A stretch of 31,807 nt of DNA from a plasmid. The position numbers were made by a program, and so were the translations under genes. The stretch is from the sequence record CP060656.1, one strand, 5' to 3'. The notes under the pieces are model-generated. The model was not told where the DNA came from, did no database searches, and was given only the letters and a program-made list of their open reading frames with translations. Positions 8,580 through 17,058 of this stretch are shown piece by piece. Position 1 is the first letter of the stretch. Every line of letters starts with the position of its first letter.

Positions 8580-10790
8580 ATGATTAAAAAAATATTGCTT
8601 ATAATGGCAATGCTATTATATGCGACAAATGCGAGTGCCGACACTATGGATTGGTTAACTCCACTGTCAACAGATTGGTTTATGAACAACTTTGTAGACA
8701 AATACCTTAATCCAGAAGCTATAGGCGCTTTCTCAGGAATAATGGGGTTGTTTCTTCATTTTCTTTTAGTTTTAGGTGGAATATTAGCCGCTTATGTTTT
8801 GATTAGCGGAACTATGGTCACGGCTCATGATGGTGAAATGTTAGGTAAAAAATGGTCTTCTATGTGGCTTCCTATCAGAACAGCTTTAGGAACGGCTATG
8901 CTTCTTCCTATGCCGACGGGCTTTTGTGCTATTCATATGGTGATTTACTCATTGATAAAAACTGGAATTGGTTTAGCAGGAACAATGATCCCAATCGCTA
9001 TTGCGTTCATAACCATCTTTTTTGATTACTCAAGTGTAAGCTCTAATCTTGAAATAAGGAAACTTGCTAAAGATACACTTTTAGGTGCGACGTGCGTTAA
9101 AATCTATAACGAAGAAACAGCAAGAGAGTTTGCTCAATCATCTAAGTATTTCAGAGGTAATATTCAATATTTCAGCGTTCAAAACTTCGAGTCAAAAAGC
9201 GATGGAAAAAGAATAATAGGTTATAACTTTGGTGGTTTAAAAGACGACTGGAGCACTGGTGATAAATCTCAAATGTGCGGCTTTCTTAGATTAGATGTAT
9301 CAAGCTCTGGTGAACAACAAAAAGCTCTTGCTTCTGGTTCTGGATATAAGCCTTTAGTTGATGTTGCTTCGATACAAAATGCGGTTCAACAAGCTCAAGC
9401 TAAAGCACTTAATAAAATGGTTTTAGATGCGATTGCTTACTCAGAGACTTTAGCTAATCCTGATCCTACAAACACGAAAGCAGTAAATGATAAGATTGAA
9501 GAAATGTCATTGGAATATAAAAAATCAATGAATGAAGCTGGGAAGTTAGCAATGGCTCAAGCTATTAAAATTGACTCTATCGCAGATATAACGGAAAAGG
9601 GCTGGGCATTTTTTGGTGCTTACTACATGAAAATTGTTCAGGCGATAAATGGAACTAACGCAGCAATGAACAGTATTCCAGCTTCTTCTGGTCAAGCTTC
9701 TGAACGTTTAAATTATCTTGCTGACAGATTTGAACCTCGCTTTAGCAAAGTCAAAACTTTAATAAATGGCACTGACAAGCTTAACGCTGATTCTACTAAC
9801 ATAGCGGGTGAAGACAGTTCATTATTTACAAGCTTATTAAGAGGGGCAAACTCAAACGGTGGTTGGTTCATGGGTGATGGTAAAGTAGATCAATTGCTAT
9901 CTATCACACAGCAAGTAAACGTAGGTAATCACGTTCTTAATGGTGTAGCGGCAATGGGGATAGGCGCAAGCTCTGTTTCATTGTTGGCGTTGATACCTAA
10001 GCTCTCAGATGTGCTGATAGCAGCAGGTACTGTGATCGGGCCTTTCTTCTCGTTCTTAATGATCGTAGGCTTGATAAACGGCATCATGCTTGCTTACGTC
10101 ATCCCTATGATACCGTATATCATCTGGATGGGGATTGTGTTGTCATACATGGCTACGTGTATAGAAGCTTATGTTGCCTCGCCTATGTGGGTTCTGGCTC
10201 ACTTAGCGCCTGATGCTGATGATGTGGTAGGTAAGCAAGGGCAAGGCTACATGCTTACACTGGTGTTAACACTAAAGCCGGGGTTAGCAATATTTGGTTT
10301 CCTTGCTTCTTTCGTGATGATGTGTGCGGGGGCTGCCCTCATAAACGCAACGTTCTTGATAGCTACAAGTTTTGTTGACTCAGGCTGGTTGGGTATTACT
10401 TACTCTATAGCAATGATTGCTGTTTACATGTGTTTAAACTTAAACAATACGATGAACGCTACAAGAGTTATGTCTACTCTTCCCGACACTGTTTTAGAAT
10501 GGATAGGCGCAAGAGGAACTTCATTAAGCGGTAAAGTAATGGGCGGTTCAGAAGAAGCTCTTAGTAATGCGAAAAGCAATACTACTAATACTGTTGAAAG
10601 AGCAGGGCAAGCTACAGCAAGTTCTATGTCAAACATGGCAAGAAACCGTGAGAAAAAAAGAGATATTGAACCTAAAGGCGGCAATGAAGGTAATATTGGT
10701 AAAGGTAGTAATCAAGAGCCAACTAACAACACGCCAACAGATAAAGGAAATCATGGTCAGTCTATAACAGACCTTAATCCAAAGGAATAA
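8580..10790 (+). CDS. polytopic T4SS-type membrane protein with signal peptide (736 aa): VirB6/TrbL-like or TraY/DotA-like
   Basis: Sec signal peptide (MIKKILLIMAMLLYATNASA), 3 TM, about 300-aa periplasmic loop, 4-5 further TM, hydrophilic G/N/T-rich tail; architecture typical of VirB6/TrbL; size matches IncI TraY. Confidence 0.45.
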   Translation: MIKKILLIMAMLLYATNASADTMDWLTPLSTDWFMNNFVDKYLNPEAIGAFSGIMGLFLHFLLVLGGILAAYVLISGTMVTAHDGEMLGKKWSSMWLPIRTALGTAMLLPMPTGFCAIHMVIYSLIKTGIGLAGTMIPIAIAFITIFFDYSSVSSNLEIRKLAKDTLLGATCVKIYNEETAREFAQSSKYFRGNIQYFSVQNFESKSDGKRIIGYNFGGLKDDWSTGDKSQMCGFLRLDVSSSGEQQKALASGSGYKPLVDVASIQNAVQQAQAKALNKMVLDAIAYSETLANPDPTNTKAVNDKIEEMSLEYKKSMNEAGKLAMAQAIKIDSIADITEKGWAFFGAYYMKIVQAINGTNAAMNSIPASSGQASERLNYLADRFEPRFSKVKTLINGTDKLNADSTNIAGEDSSLFTSLLRGANSNGGWFMGDGKVDQLLSITQQVNVGNHVLNGVAAMGIGASSVSLLALIPKLSDVLIAAGTVIGPFFSFLMIVGLINGIMLAYVIPMIPYIIWMGIVLSYMATCIEAYVASPMWVLAHLAPDADDVVGKQGQGYMLTLVLTLKPGLAIFGFLASFVMMCAGAALINATFLIATSFVDSGWLGITYSIAMIAVYMCLNLNNTMNATRVMSTLPDTVLEWIGARGTSLSGKVMGGSEEALSNAKSNTTNTVERAGQATASSMSNMARNREKKRDIEPKGGNEGNIGKGSNQEPTNNTPTDKGNHGQSITDLNPKE

Positions 10791-10815
10791 GTAATCCTTT
10801 TATCTGAAACTAACT

Positions 10816-10845
10816 AAAAGGTAGCGCGTTGCTACCTTTTTTTTA
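10816..10845 (+). terminator. intrinsic terminator AGGTAGC-GCGTT-GCTACCT-TTTTTTTT
   Basis: Hairpin plus 8-T run. Confidence 0.75.
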
Positions 10846-10912
10846 TCAATTCTATTGACGTGTTTATTTTATGTGTTAATTAATTTATATACATACAAAG
10901 AAGGAGATATTT

Positions 10913-11512
10913 ATGAAAGATAAAGAATTTGAAGATAAGGTAAAAAACACTGCTAAAAATATTTTAAAGTCATACACTACCGTTAATCCAAAAAAGATTG
11001 CGAATAATTTATATGACTCAGCATCTAATACGGTTAAAGTTCCTATAGAAACAGCTCGTTCCAATATAGAGCTTTTTAATAGGTTTAAAGGGAATAATGA
11101 TAAGAAACTATCCTATGAAGAGTTGTATAGTCTAAAGAACGCTGATGAAAATTTAAGACAAAAAAATTATACAAACTTCTCTATAGCTTCTTTAGTGATG
11201 TTTGTTTTTATGCTTGGTGTAGCTATAATGGGTGGTTATAAAATCTATACCGGAATTGATACAGCAGCAAAGGTTTTATCATTTATGTCATTTGGATCGG
11301 GCGTATTCTTATCATTTGCTGTTTATTTTAGATGTGTAGTAAGAGCCTATTGTTTAAAATACGCAACAGTTGATAACAAGCTTAATGCTTTAAAAGGTAT
11401 TGATAACATTTTACCCAATCCATTCTATGATGTTAGAGCTACAACAAACAGTGAAGATAAACCAATAGTTGCTTTCCTTGAAACAAAAGAAGAGCAAGAA
11501 AGAAATAAATAA
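10913..11512 (+). CDS. 2-TM membrane protein (199 aa)
   Basis: Strong AAGGAGAT RBS; central hydrophobic hairpin; terminator 11513-11533. Confidence 0.55.
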   Translation: MKDKEFEDKVKNTAKNILKSYTTVNPKKIANNLYDSASNTVKVPIETARSNIELFNRFKGNNDKKLSYEELYSLKNADENLRQKNYTNFSIASLVMFVFMLGVAIMGGYKIYTGIDTAAKVLSFMSFGSGVFLSFAVYFRCVVRAYCLKYATVDNKLNALKGIDNILPNPFYDVRATTNSEDKPIVAFLETKEEQERNK

Positions 11513-11533
11513 AAGGTGGCTACCACCTTTTAA
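11513..11533 (+). terminator. intrinsic terminator AGGTGG-CTA-CCACCT-TTT
   Basis: Hairpin plus T-run. Confidence 0.6.
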
Positions 11534-11613
11534 AAAATACTTAAAAAATAATTTGAATTCCATAAAACTGTACGATATTATTTAATCAACAAACAACGAG
11601 AGAGGATTTTAAA

Positions 11614-11862
11614 ATGATGACATTACTTAGCACTTTCAACTACATCCCAGCTTTTATTGTTGGTTTAGTAATGATTTTTTTATCTGTTAAAGTAGTTCTT
11701 TTACCAATGGCTGATTTAATCACTAAAATCAGAGACAAAACAACTGATGTTGCTATTTACCCTCTTAGTGTTTTTATGGGTGTTCCGGCTATCGCAGTCT
11801 TTTTTGTAGCTGTATCTTTTACAGTAAGCATGTTTGCTTACATGGTTGGATTAGTTCACTAA
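11614..11862 (+). CDS. small hydrophobic protein (82 aa, 2 TM)
   Basis: GAGAGGA RBS; followed by tandem terminators. Confidence 0.5.
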   Translation: MMTLLSTFNYIPAFIVGLVMIFLSVKVVLLPMADLITKIRDKTTDVAIYPLSVFMGVPAIAVFFVAVSFTVSMFAYMVGLVH

Positions 11863-11885
11863 GAAAATTTCACTCTCTTGTTGTT

Positions 11886-11908
11886 GACCCGCTACGGCGG
11901 GTTTTTTG
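11886..11908 (+). terminator. intrinsic terminator CCCGC-TAC-GGCGGG-TTTTTT
   Basis: Hairpin plus T-run. Confidence 0.7.
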
Positions 11909-11920
11909 TTGCCAAAAGAA

Positions 11921-11945
11921 AGGGGGCTTTCGCCCCTTTTTACAT
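11921..11945. terminator. bidirectional terminator GGGGGC-TTTC-GCCCC with flanking T-runs (serves the convergent 11940-13043 gene)
   Basis: Hairpin plus T-runs on both strands. Confidence 0.65.
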
Positions 11946-13043
11946 TTTTAAACTTCTACCACGTTTAACCTGATACTCAGGCATAAGTTCTTCCTTTTTA
12001 ATCTCTTCTTTTTTTGGTTCGCCAAACTTCATGTAGCGATCTAAATCATAGGCTTTGTGTATCATCTGAAATTCTTCTTCTTGTTTAAGAGATGTAGCTT
12101 CAACTCTGATACCATTTTTTATAGCACTTATATAAGCCTGTTCCATAAAGACAGGATTACCCTTAGTTAAAACAATACTGTTCCATCCTTTTTGTTTAGC
12201 CACATCAATCAAATCAACAGCAATATCATTAGCTTTACGTCTACCACGAATAGCTATAGCGTCTTCTGTTTCTTTAATTAAAAGACCATCCCCGAAATAG
12301 TGAGTTCTTGAAGTAAGTTTTCCTTCCTCAATGTTATCTCTTGAATGAAGATAGTTATCACCAAAAAGATTTTTTAATTCATCGTTGGTTAAATATCGGC
12401 TTCTGCCGTTGGTTTTAACATTCAACTCGGTTTCAGGCATGAGATTTTTTTCGAAGTCTTTCACATATTGAGGTCTGTTATCCTTCTTGATCTCCCCCTC
12501 TTCTTCTTCACGGATGTTAGAACGAACAGACTTGATACGGTCTTTAAGACTCTTGGCCTTAACAGGATGTTTAGCCTCTTCATTCTTCATTTGGGTAAAC
12601 TTGTCCAGATCAGTGAAGTCTTGAGCTGGTATGCTATCAGCAGCGGAGACAACAGCAGCCGGAACGGTTGGTTTGGCCTCTTCTGGTTTCTTAGGTTCTA
12701 TCAGGGAAGCGGTAGGAGCTGGCTCTTCAAGGTTAAGCGTCTTCTGTAGCTTAACGTAAGTGAGTTCCAGTTCTGAAAGCTGGTTCTTAATCATCTTCCT
12801 TTGCTCGTCACTCATACCGAACTTGTCACCAATGTTGAGCACGTCTTTGAAGCTATCTATACGGCTTTTTACTTCCATCATGTCATGCTCAAGGTTAACT
12901 TCTGGTTCAGGTTCTGGCTTCTTAACCGGAGCTGCAGCTGGGGCTACGTTGTCGGCCACAATCTCATAATCAGGGAAATCAGGCATTGGAGCATCCATTG
13001 AAAAAGCCTGTTCAAAATCATTTAAATCGTTATCTTTACTCAT
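11940..13043 (-). CDS. hypothetical protein (367 aa), candidate plasmid replication/initiator-type protein; acidic, Pro/Ala-rich N-terminus with conserved C-terminal domain
   Basis: Divergent from parA across iteron-containing AT-rich region; GC-richer; no catalytic motif recognised. Confidence 0.6.
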   Translation of the reverse strand: MSKDNDLNDFEQAFSMDAPMPDFPDYEIVADNVAPAAAPVKKPEPEPEVNLEHDMMEVKSRIDSFKDVLNIGDKFGMSDEQRKMIKNQLSELELTYVKLQKTLNLEEPAPTASLIEPKKPEEAKPTVPAAVVSAADSIPAQDFTDLDKFTQMKNEEAKHPVKAKSLKDRIKSVRSNIREEEEGEIKKDNRPQYVKDFEKNLMPETELNVKTNGRSRYLTNDELKNLFGDNYLHSRDNIEEGKLTSRTHYFGDGLLIKETEDAIAIRGRRKANDIAVDLIDVAKQKGWNSIVLTKGNPVFMEQAYISAIKNGIRVEATSLKQEEEFQMIHKAYDLDRYMKFGEPKKEEIKKEELMPEYQVKRGRSLKM

Positions 13044-13067
13044 GTTTTTACCTCGCGTTTTTTATGT

Positions 13068-13137
13068 TGAAATGTAGTATATACTAATATATATTAATAT
13101 ATATTGATGGTTAGTCAATCGGCTAACTACATTTAAG
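13068..13137. repeat. iteron cluster 1: three 10-bp direct repeats (TAGTATATAC TAATATATAT TAATATATAT) bracketed by AATGTAGT inverted repeat
   Basis: Read directly; lies in divergent promoter region between Rep-candidate and parA. Confidence 0.7.
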
Positions 13138-13169
13138 TCACTGTAAAACAGGACAAAAGGAGTAGGTGT

Positions 13170-13823
13170 ATGCTTGCTATCTCGATTTACAATAAAAAAG
13201 GTGGTGTTGGGAAAAGTCTCTTCAGCATCGTTATCTCCTCTTGGTTTGGACACAACGGCAAAAAGACAACTCTGTTAGACCTCGATCCACAGGGCGGGAG
13301 TTTGCTCTTTGCGAGCATCGCAGAACAGGCCGGAACAAAACTAACGTTTAACGTAGCTCGTAAGCCAACCTCTAAAGATGTTGATGTGTTCGTATTTGAC
13401 CACAGCCCCGGCATTCATAGCGGTGGTGATGGTCAGCTTGCCCCGTTCGTAATCATTCCAACTATCCTTGATGCCAGCTCATACAGTGCTACGCTCAAGA
13501 GCGTTCAGGAACTACGTGAACAGGGTAAGACAGACAATGATTTTATCGTTGTTCCTAATCGTGTTGAGATCCAGAACAAAGAACAGCTCGACCTGTTAAT
13601 CAAGCTACAGGAAGAACACAGGGCAGCAGGCCATGACTACGATTTGCCATACATCAAAAAGCGTGTTGCCTATCCTCGTTCATACAACAACGGCGTCACC
13701 ATCTTTGAAGACAAGACAGGCTTACCGCTGGTATCTGATGCCCGTAAAGAGTTTGAGTTGTTGATGGAAGCTGTAGGCCAGAAAATCAAAGCCGGTGTTG
13801 AGGCTCGACGCAATAAAAGTTAA
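13170..13823 (+). CDS. parA: ParA/Soj-family partition ATPase (217 aa)
   Basis: Deviant Walker A KGGVGKS at N-terminus, LDLDPQG motif; GC-rich; flanked by 10-bp iterons. Confidence 0.9.
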   Translation: MLAISIYNKKGGVGKSLFSIVISSWFGHNGKKTTLLDLDPQGGSLLFASIAEQAGTKLTFNVARKPTSKDVDVFVFDHSPGIHSGGDGQLAPFVIIPTILDASSYSATLKSVQELREQGKTDNDFIVVPNRVEIQNKEQLDLLIKLQEEHRAAGHDYDLPYIKKRVAYPRSYNNGVTIFEDKTGLPLVSDARKEFELLMEAVGQKIKAGVEARRNKS

Positions 13824-13853
13824 TATATATTAATATATACTAATATATATCGT
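13824..13853. repeat. iteron cluster 2: three 10-bp direct repeats (TAATATATAT TAATATATAC TAATATATAT) immediately downstream of parA
   Basis: Read directly; same unit as cluster 1. Confidence 0.7.
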
Positions 13854-13881
13854 TTCTCGTGAAATCTGATGGAGTTTCAGC

Positions 13882-14253
13882 ATGACAGACCACAAAAAAG
13901 AAAAATCTAAAAAACCTGCCGGATGGCTCGATGATATGGAGACTTTTGAAAAATTGTCTCTGGAAACGGCCTTTTCCGATCCCAATGCTGGCACATACTG
14001 GGCACATCGAGAAGAAGACTTAGGAGAACTCCAGCCGTTCACTACGTCATACGTTCGTTGCGACTTTAAAGTAGTAGCGGAAGATGAACCCCGCTTAATT
14101 GGTTTCCGTGTTCCTAAAGCTCTGGAAGAGAAGTTTAAGCTTCTTTCCCATGATGCTTTATCAAATACTATTCTTGCTCTTGCTGATTTAAAAGCAGATG
14201 AGTTAATCAGAGAAAATAAATCTATTCATTTTACTAAGAAAAAGAAATCCTGA
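13882..14253 (+). CDS. small partition partner (ParG/ParB-like centromere-binding protein) candidate (123 aa)
   Basis: Position immediately downstream of parA and iterons; basic N-terminus; function inferred from synteny only. Confidence 0.4.
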   Translation: MTDHKKEKSKKPAGWLDDMETFEKLSLETAFSDPNAGTYWAHREEDLGELQPFTTSYVRCDFKVVAEDEPRLIGFRVPKALEEKFKLLSHDALSNTILALADLKADELIRENKSIHFTKKKKS

Positions 14254-14305
14254 TAAAAGGCGTAATTAAACAGGATGAACGGACTACCGTTATATTTTCA
14301 AATGT

Positions 14306-14366
14306 AGGATTGTAGGGTAGATTAATATAGTAAGAACAAAAAAAATCTACATTCAAAAAATACATA
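14306..14366. promoter_or_regulatory. AATGTAG...CTACATT inverted motif pair upstream of 14378 gene (candidate operator or oriT-like region)
   Basis: AAATGTAGGA at 14309 and ATCTACATTC at 14355; same heptamer recurs at 13069 and 13127. Confidence 0.35.
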
Positions 14367-14377
14367 GGAGATACATT

Positions 14378-16306
14378 ATGAGTGGAGCAAAAATATTAGC
14401 AGTATTAGATAAAGACGGAATGCGTGATGCTCAGGGCATTAATGGCGGTAAAACAAGTCCATTAGAGCCAACCATCAACGGCGCTACGTATAAAGATAGT
14501 GAACTTGATATAGTTATTAAAGCTGAAAACGGTTTAGAGCTTCTTAAAAAAATTGAAGCTACAATTGACCGTGGGATAATGTCAAAACAGTATTTGAATA
14601 CCATTCAAAGACCTCTTTCAGAACTAAGCACTAATAAAGATCCAAAAGCTCTTTTTGGTGATATTGGAGGCAGGGGGAATGAGTGGGAACAGCTATTTAT
14701 TGATTTATCAGGTTTTAGAGCAGAAGATCAGGTTTTAGCACATGACATAATCACTGACAGTATGGCTAACCCTAATTTTATTTATGTAAAAGATCAGGGG
14801 CCGGGAAAATCAAAGCAATATATGCCTGTTATTGGTAAAAACAGTGTTTTTGCTTGGGGTGTTCATAGCGACCAAAAAACTAAAACTCACTCTCATATAT
14901 TTAGGCATACGCATACCATTACTGATAAAAACTATGAATACAACCCAAATACTGGTGAAGTAATCATAAATCAGTTAAATCCTGACGCAAGAAGAATAAC
15001 AGCAAGTCTTTCATTAAAAGATAACTTTGTAAGAACGCAGGTTCTTAAAAATATCAATGACAATCTTAAAGCCGCTGGTTTACCTCTTTTAGATAACATT
15101 TACTTATCTAAAGGTAAAATGCTTTCTCCAGAAGAAATCAAAGCACAAGAGGTTATTGATACAAATAATAAAGAATATCTTGATGATTTATACACTACAG
15201 CAAGAGAAAAAGCTAAAGAAGAGTCTATTAAAAATCAAGAGCAAATTCCAAAAGAACTTATTGAAGATGCTGTTGTTCAAAATGAAATAAATGAAATAGA
15301 TGCTCTTATCAAGCAAAAACAAAAACTTGCTGCTGAATACGCCGCTAAAGCTATTAAAGAAAACAATGAGATACAAGGCTTTGAAAAGGCTCGTGAAGCT
15401 GTTATAGCTCTTCATCAAGAAAAACGTGTTAATCAGGAACTTACTACAGAGCTGACCAACACTAAGCAATCACTTGAAGAAGAAGCCAAGCTTAGAAGCC
15501 AGTTTGAAGAAAAGGCCAAAAAGACAAGTGAAGAGTTAGCAGAAAAAACAGAAGCGTTTAATGCTCTTTCTGATGAGTATAAAGCTCTTGGTGAGCAGTA
15601 TGATGAGTTAGAACAAACTCATACAGCTACCATTGAAAAACATAGAGAAGTCGTTGAAAGCCTCAATCAACAACTACTTCAACAAGATCTTGAACACACA
15701 AATGAAATTGAGTTGTTGGAAACCACTCATGAAAACGCTATTAAAAAGCTTAATATTGAGCATGAAAACGAGATTGAAACGCTTAAAACTCAACAGGCTT
15801 CTATTGTTAGCGGATTAAATAGCGAAATTACCAATCTTAAAGATGCCGTTGTAAGTATCACAGAAGAAAGGGATGGTTTCAAATTCGATAAAGAACAGCT
15901 TGAGATTGAATTAGCAAAAGCTAAACAAGCTATTATTGATATAGAACGTAAGCACAAAGAAGAGCTTGAAAAACGTGATGAAGAGAAAGCTTCATTTGAA
16001 CAAACCATAAAAGATTTGAAAGAAGAGAAGATTGAAGCTGATGAAGCTATTAAACTTCTTACTGAAAGTAATAGTAAACTTATTGAAGAAGTTAACCAAC
16101 ATATTGACTCTTACAACAAGCTTAAGAGCGAAAATGTTAAGCTGAAAGCTGATTATGATAAAGAGAAGGAAGAAAACTCTACATTAAAATCAGAAAATGA
16201 ACAGCTTAAAATTGATAAACAAGCTTTAGAAGAAGCAATAAGAAAAGATATAGAAAAAAAGAATAAAGCTGATAACAGTAATAAAAATAAACCAACTAAA
16301 AAATAA
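14378..16306 (+). CDS. 642-aa protein: N-terminal about 230-aa domain with HxD(x5)HxH motif (HUH relaxase-like) plus about 400-aa coiled-coil C-terminus
   Basis: Motif VHSDQKTKTHSHIFRH resembles relaxase motif III; C-terminus heptad-rich E/K/L; GGAGAT RBS. Confidence 0.35.
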   Translation: MSGAKILAVLDKDGMRDAQGINGGKTSPLEPTINGATYKDSELDIVIKAENGLELLKKIEATIDRGIMSKQYLNTIQRPLSELSTNKDPKALFGDIGGRGNEWEQLFIDLSGFRAEDQVLAHDIITDSMANPNFIYVKDQGPGKSKQYMPVIGKNSVFAWGVHSDQKTKTHSHIFRHTHTITDKNYEYNPNTGEVIINQLNPDARRITASLSLKDNFVRTQVLKNINDNLKAAGLPLLDNIYLSKGKMLSPEEIKAQEVIDTNNKEYLDDLYTTAREKAKEESIKNQEQIPKELIEDAVVQNEINEIDALIKQKQKLAAEYAAKAIKENNEIQGFEKAREAVIALHQEKRVNQELTTELTNTKQSLEEEAKLRSQFEEKAKKTSEELAEKTEAFNALSDEYKALGEQYDELEQTHTATIEKHREVVESLNQQLLQQDLEHTNEIELLETTHENAIKKLNIEHENEIETLKTQQASIVSGLNSEITNLKDAVVSITEERDGFKFDKEQLEIELAKAKQAIIDIERKHKEELEKRDEEKASFEQTIKDLKEEKIEADEAIKLLTESNSKLIEEVNQHIDSYNKLKSENVKLKADYDKEKEENSTLKSENEQLKIDKQALEEAIRKDIEKKNKADNSNKNKPTKK

Positions 16307-16314
16307 AACATTAT

Positions 16315-16342
16315 TAAGGGGGTTAACGCCCCCTGTTTTTCT
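16315..16342 (+). terminator. intrinsic terminator GGGGGTTAACGCCCCC-TGTTTTTC
   Basis: Hairpin plus T-run. Confidence 0.7.
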
Positions 16343-16363
16343 TACCTCAAGGAGATTACGCAT

Positions 16364-16945
16364 ATGGGATTATCAAAGTCAGTTAGTGATTTATTAAGGC
16401 AAAAGCAGAGTTTAGATAATGAGCCTGATGAAGTTCAGGAAGAAGTTGAAATATCAGGAGAGGAAAAAACTTTATCATTAGAAAGTGATTTGGTTCTCTT
16501 GGGTATTGTCTGGAACGCTATTAGACCTCATGAAACTTTTGAAAAGTTAAAAACTCGCTATCATATTAATGAAAACTTGGTTGTAGAAAAAGGCAATAAC
16601 AGCTTTTGGATTTACGGCAAAGAAGATTTAATATCAGAAAGCATTGTTTCTTTTGTTGATTATTTTGCTAAAGATATTAGAGATTTTAAATTTGTCAGGC
16701 CAGAATCACCCTATGACAGTTTTATTTATTACTTTTTCAAAGAAGCTATTATGTGTAGACTAAATGTTTTAGTTTCAAACTCTTTCCATGAAAGAGATTT
16801 ACAACAAGTAATAATCAAGGATGTTATTAGAGAACTTAAAGACGACGCAAGAAAGATGGATAACATAAATAAAAAATATCATCTTCAAATGATCGACAAC
16901 TGGATAAGTCAAATACTCGTTAAAAACACACACTTATCTATGTGA
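16364..16945 (+). CDS. hypothetical protein (193 aa), acidic N-terminus
   Basis: AAGGAGAT RBS; follows terminator 16315-16342. Confidence 0.55.
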   Translation: MGLSKSVSDLLRQKQSLDNEPDEVQEEVEISGEEKTLSLESDLVLLGIVWNAIRPHETFEKLKTRYHINENLVVEKGNNSFWIYGKEDLISESIVSFVDYFAKDIRDFKFVRPESPYDSFIYYFFKEAIMCRLNVLVSNSFHERDLQQVIIKDVIRELKDDARKMDNINKKYHLQMIDNWISQILVKNTHLSM

Positions 16946-17058
16946 TATACAATTTGACGTGTTAAGTATTGAATTTTCTAGAAAAAATGGTATAACAGTA
17001 AAAGAGTGTGATAACACACCAAAAATACATACATAAAAATATTATAATAGGTGAGATT

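Noticed and set aside
10424-10767. ORFs 10424-10684 (-) and 10567-10767 (+) within the 736-aa membrane protein gene
   Set aside because: Alternative-frame or antisense ORFs without RBS inside a long, well-supported gene.
12468-13001. Three + strand ORFs (12468-12749, 12760-12969, 12801-13001) opposite the 367-aa minus-strand gene
   Set aside because: Antisense shadow ORFs within a GC-richer gene; no RBS; overlap each other.
13062-14042. Minus-strand ORFs 13062-13253, 13187-13414, 13830-14042 around parA
   Set aside because: Antisense to parA, iterons and the parG-like gene; the GC-rich parA sequence yields open antisense frames by chance.
15188-16008. Minus- and plus-frame ORFs inside the coiled-coil gene (15188-15469, 15633-15818, 15790-16008)
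   Set aside because: Low-complexity frames generated by the repetitive GAA/AAG-rich coding sequence of the coiled coil.
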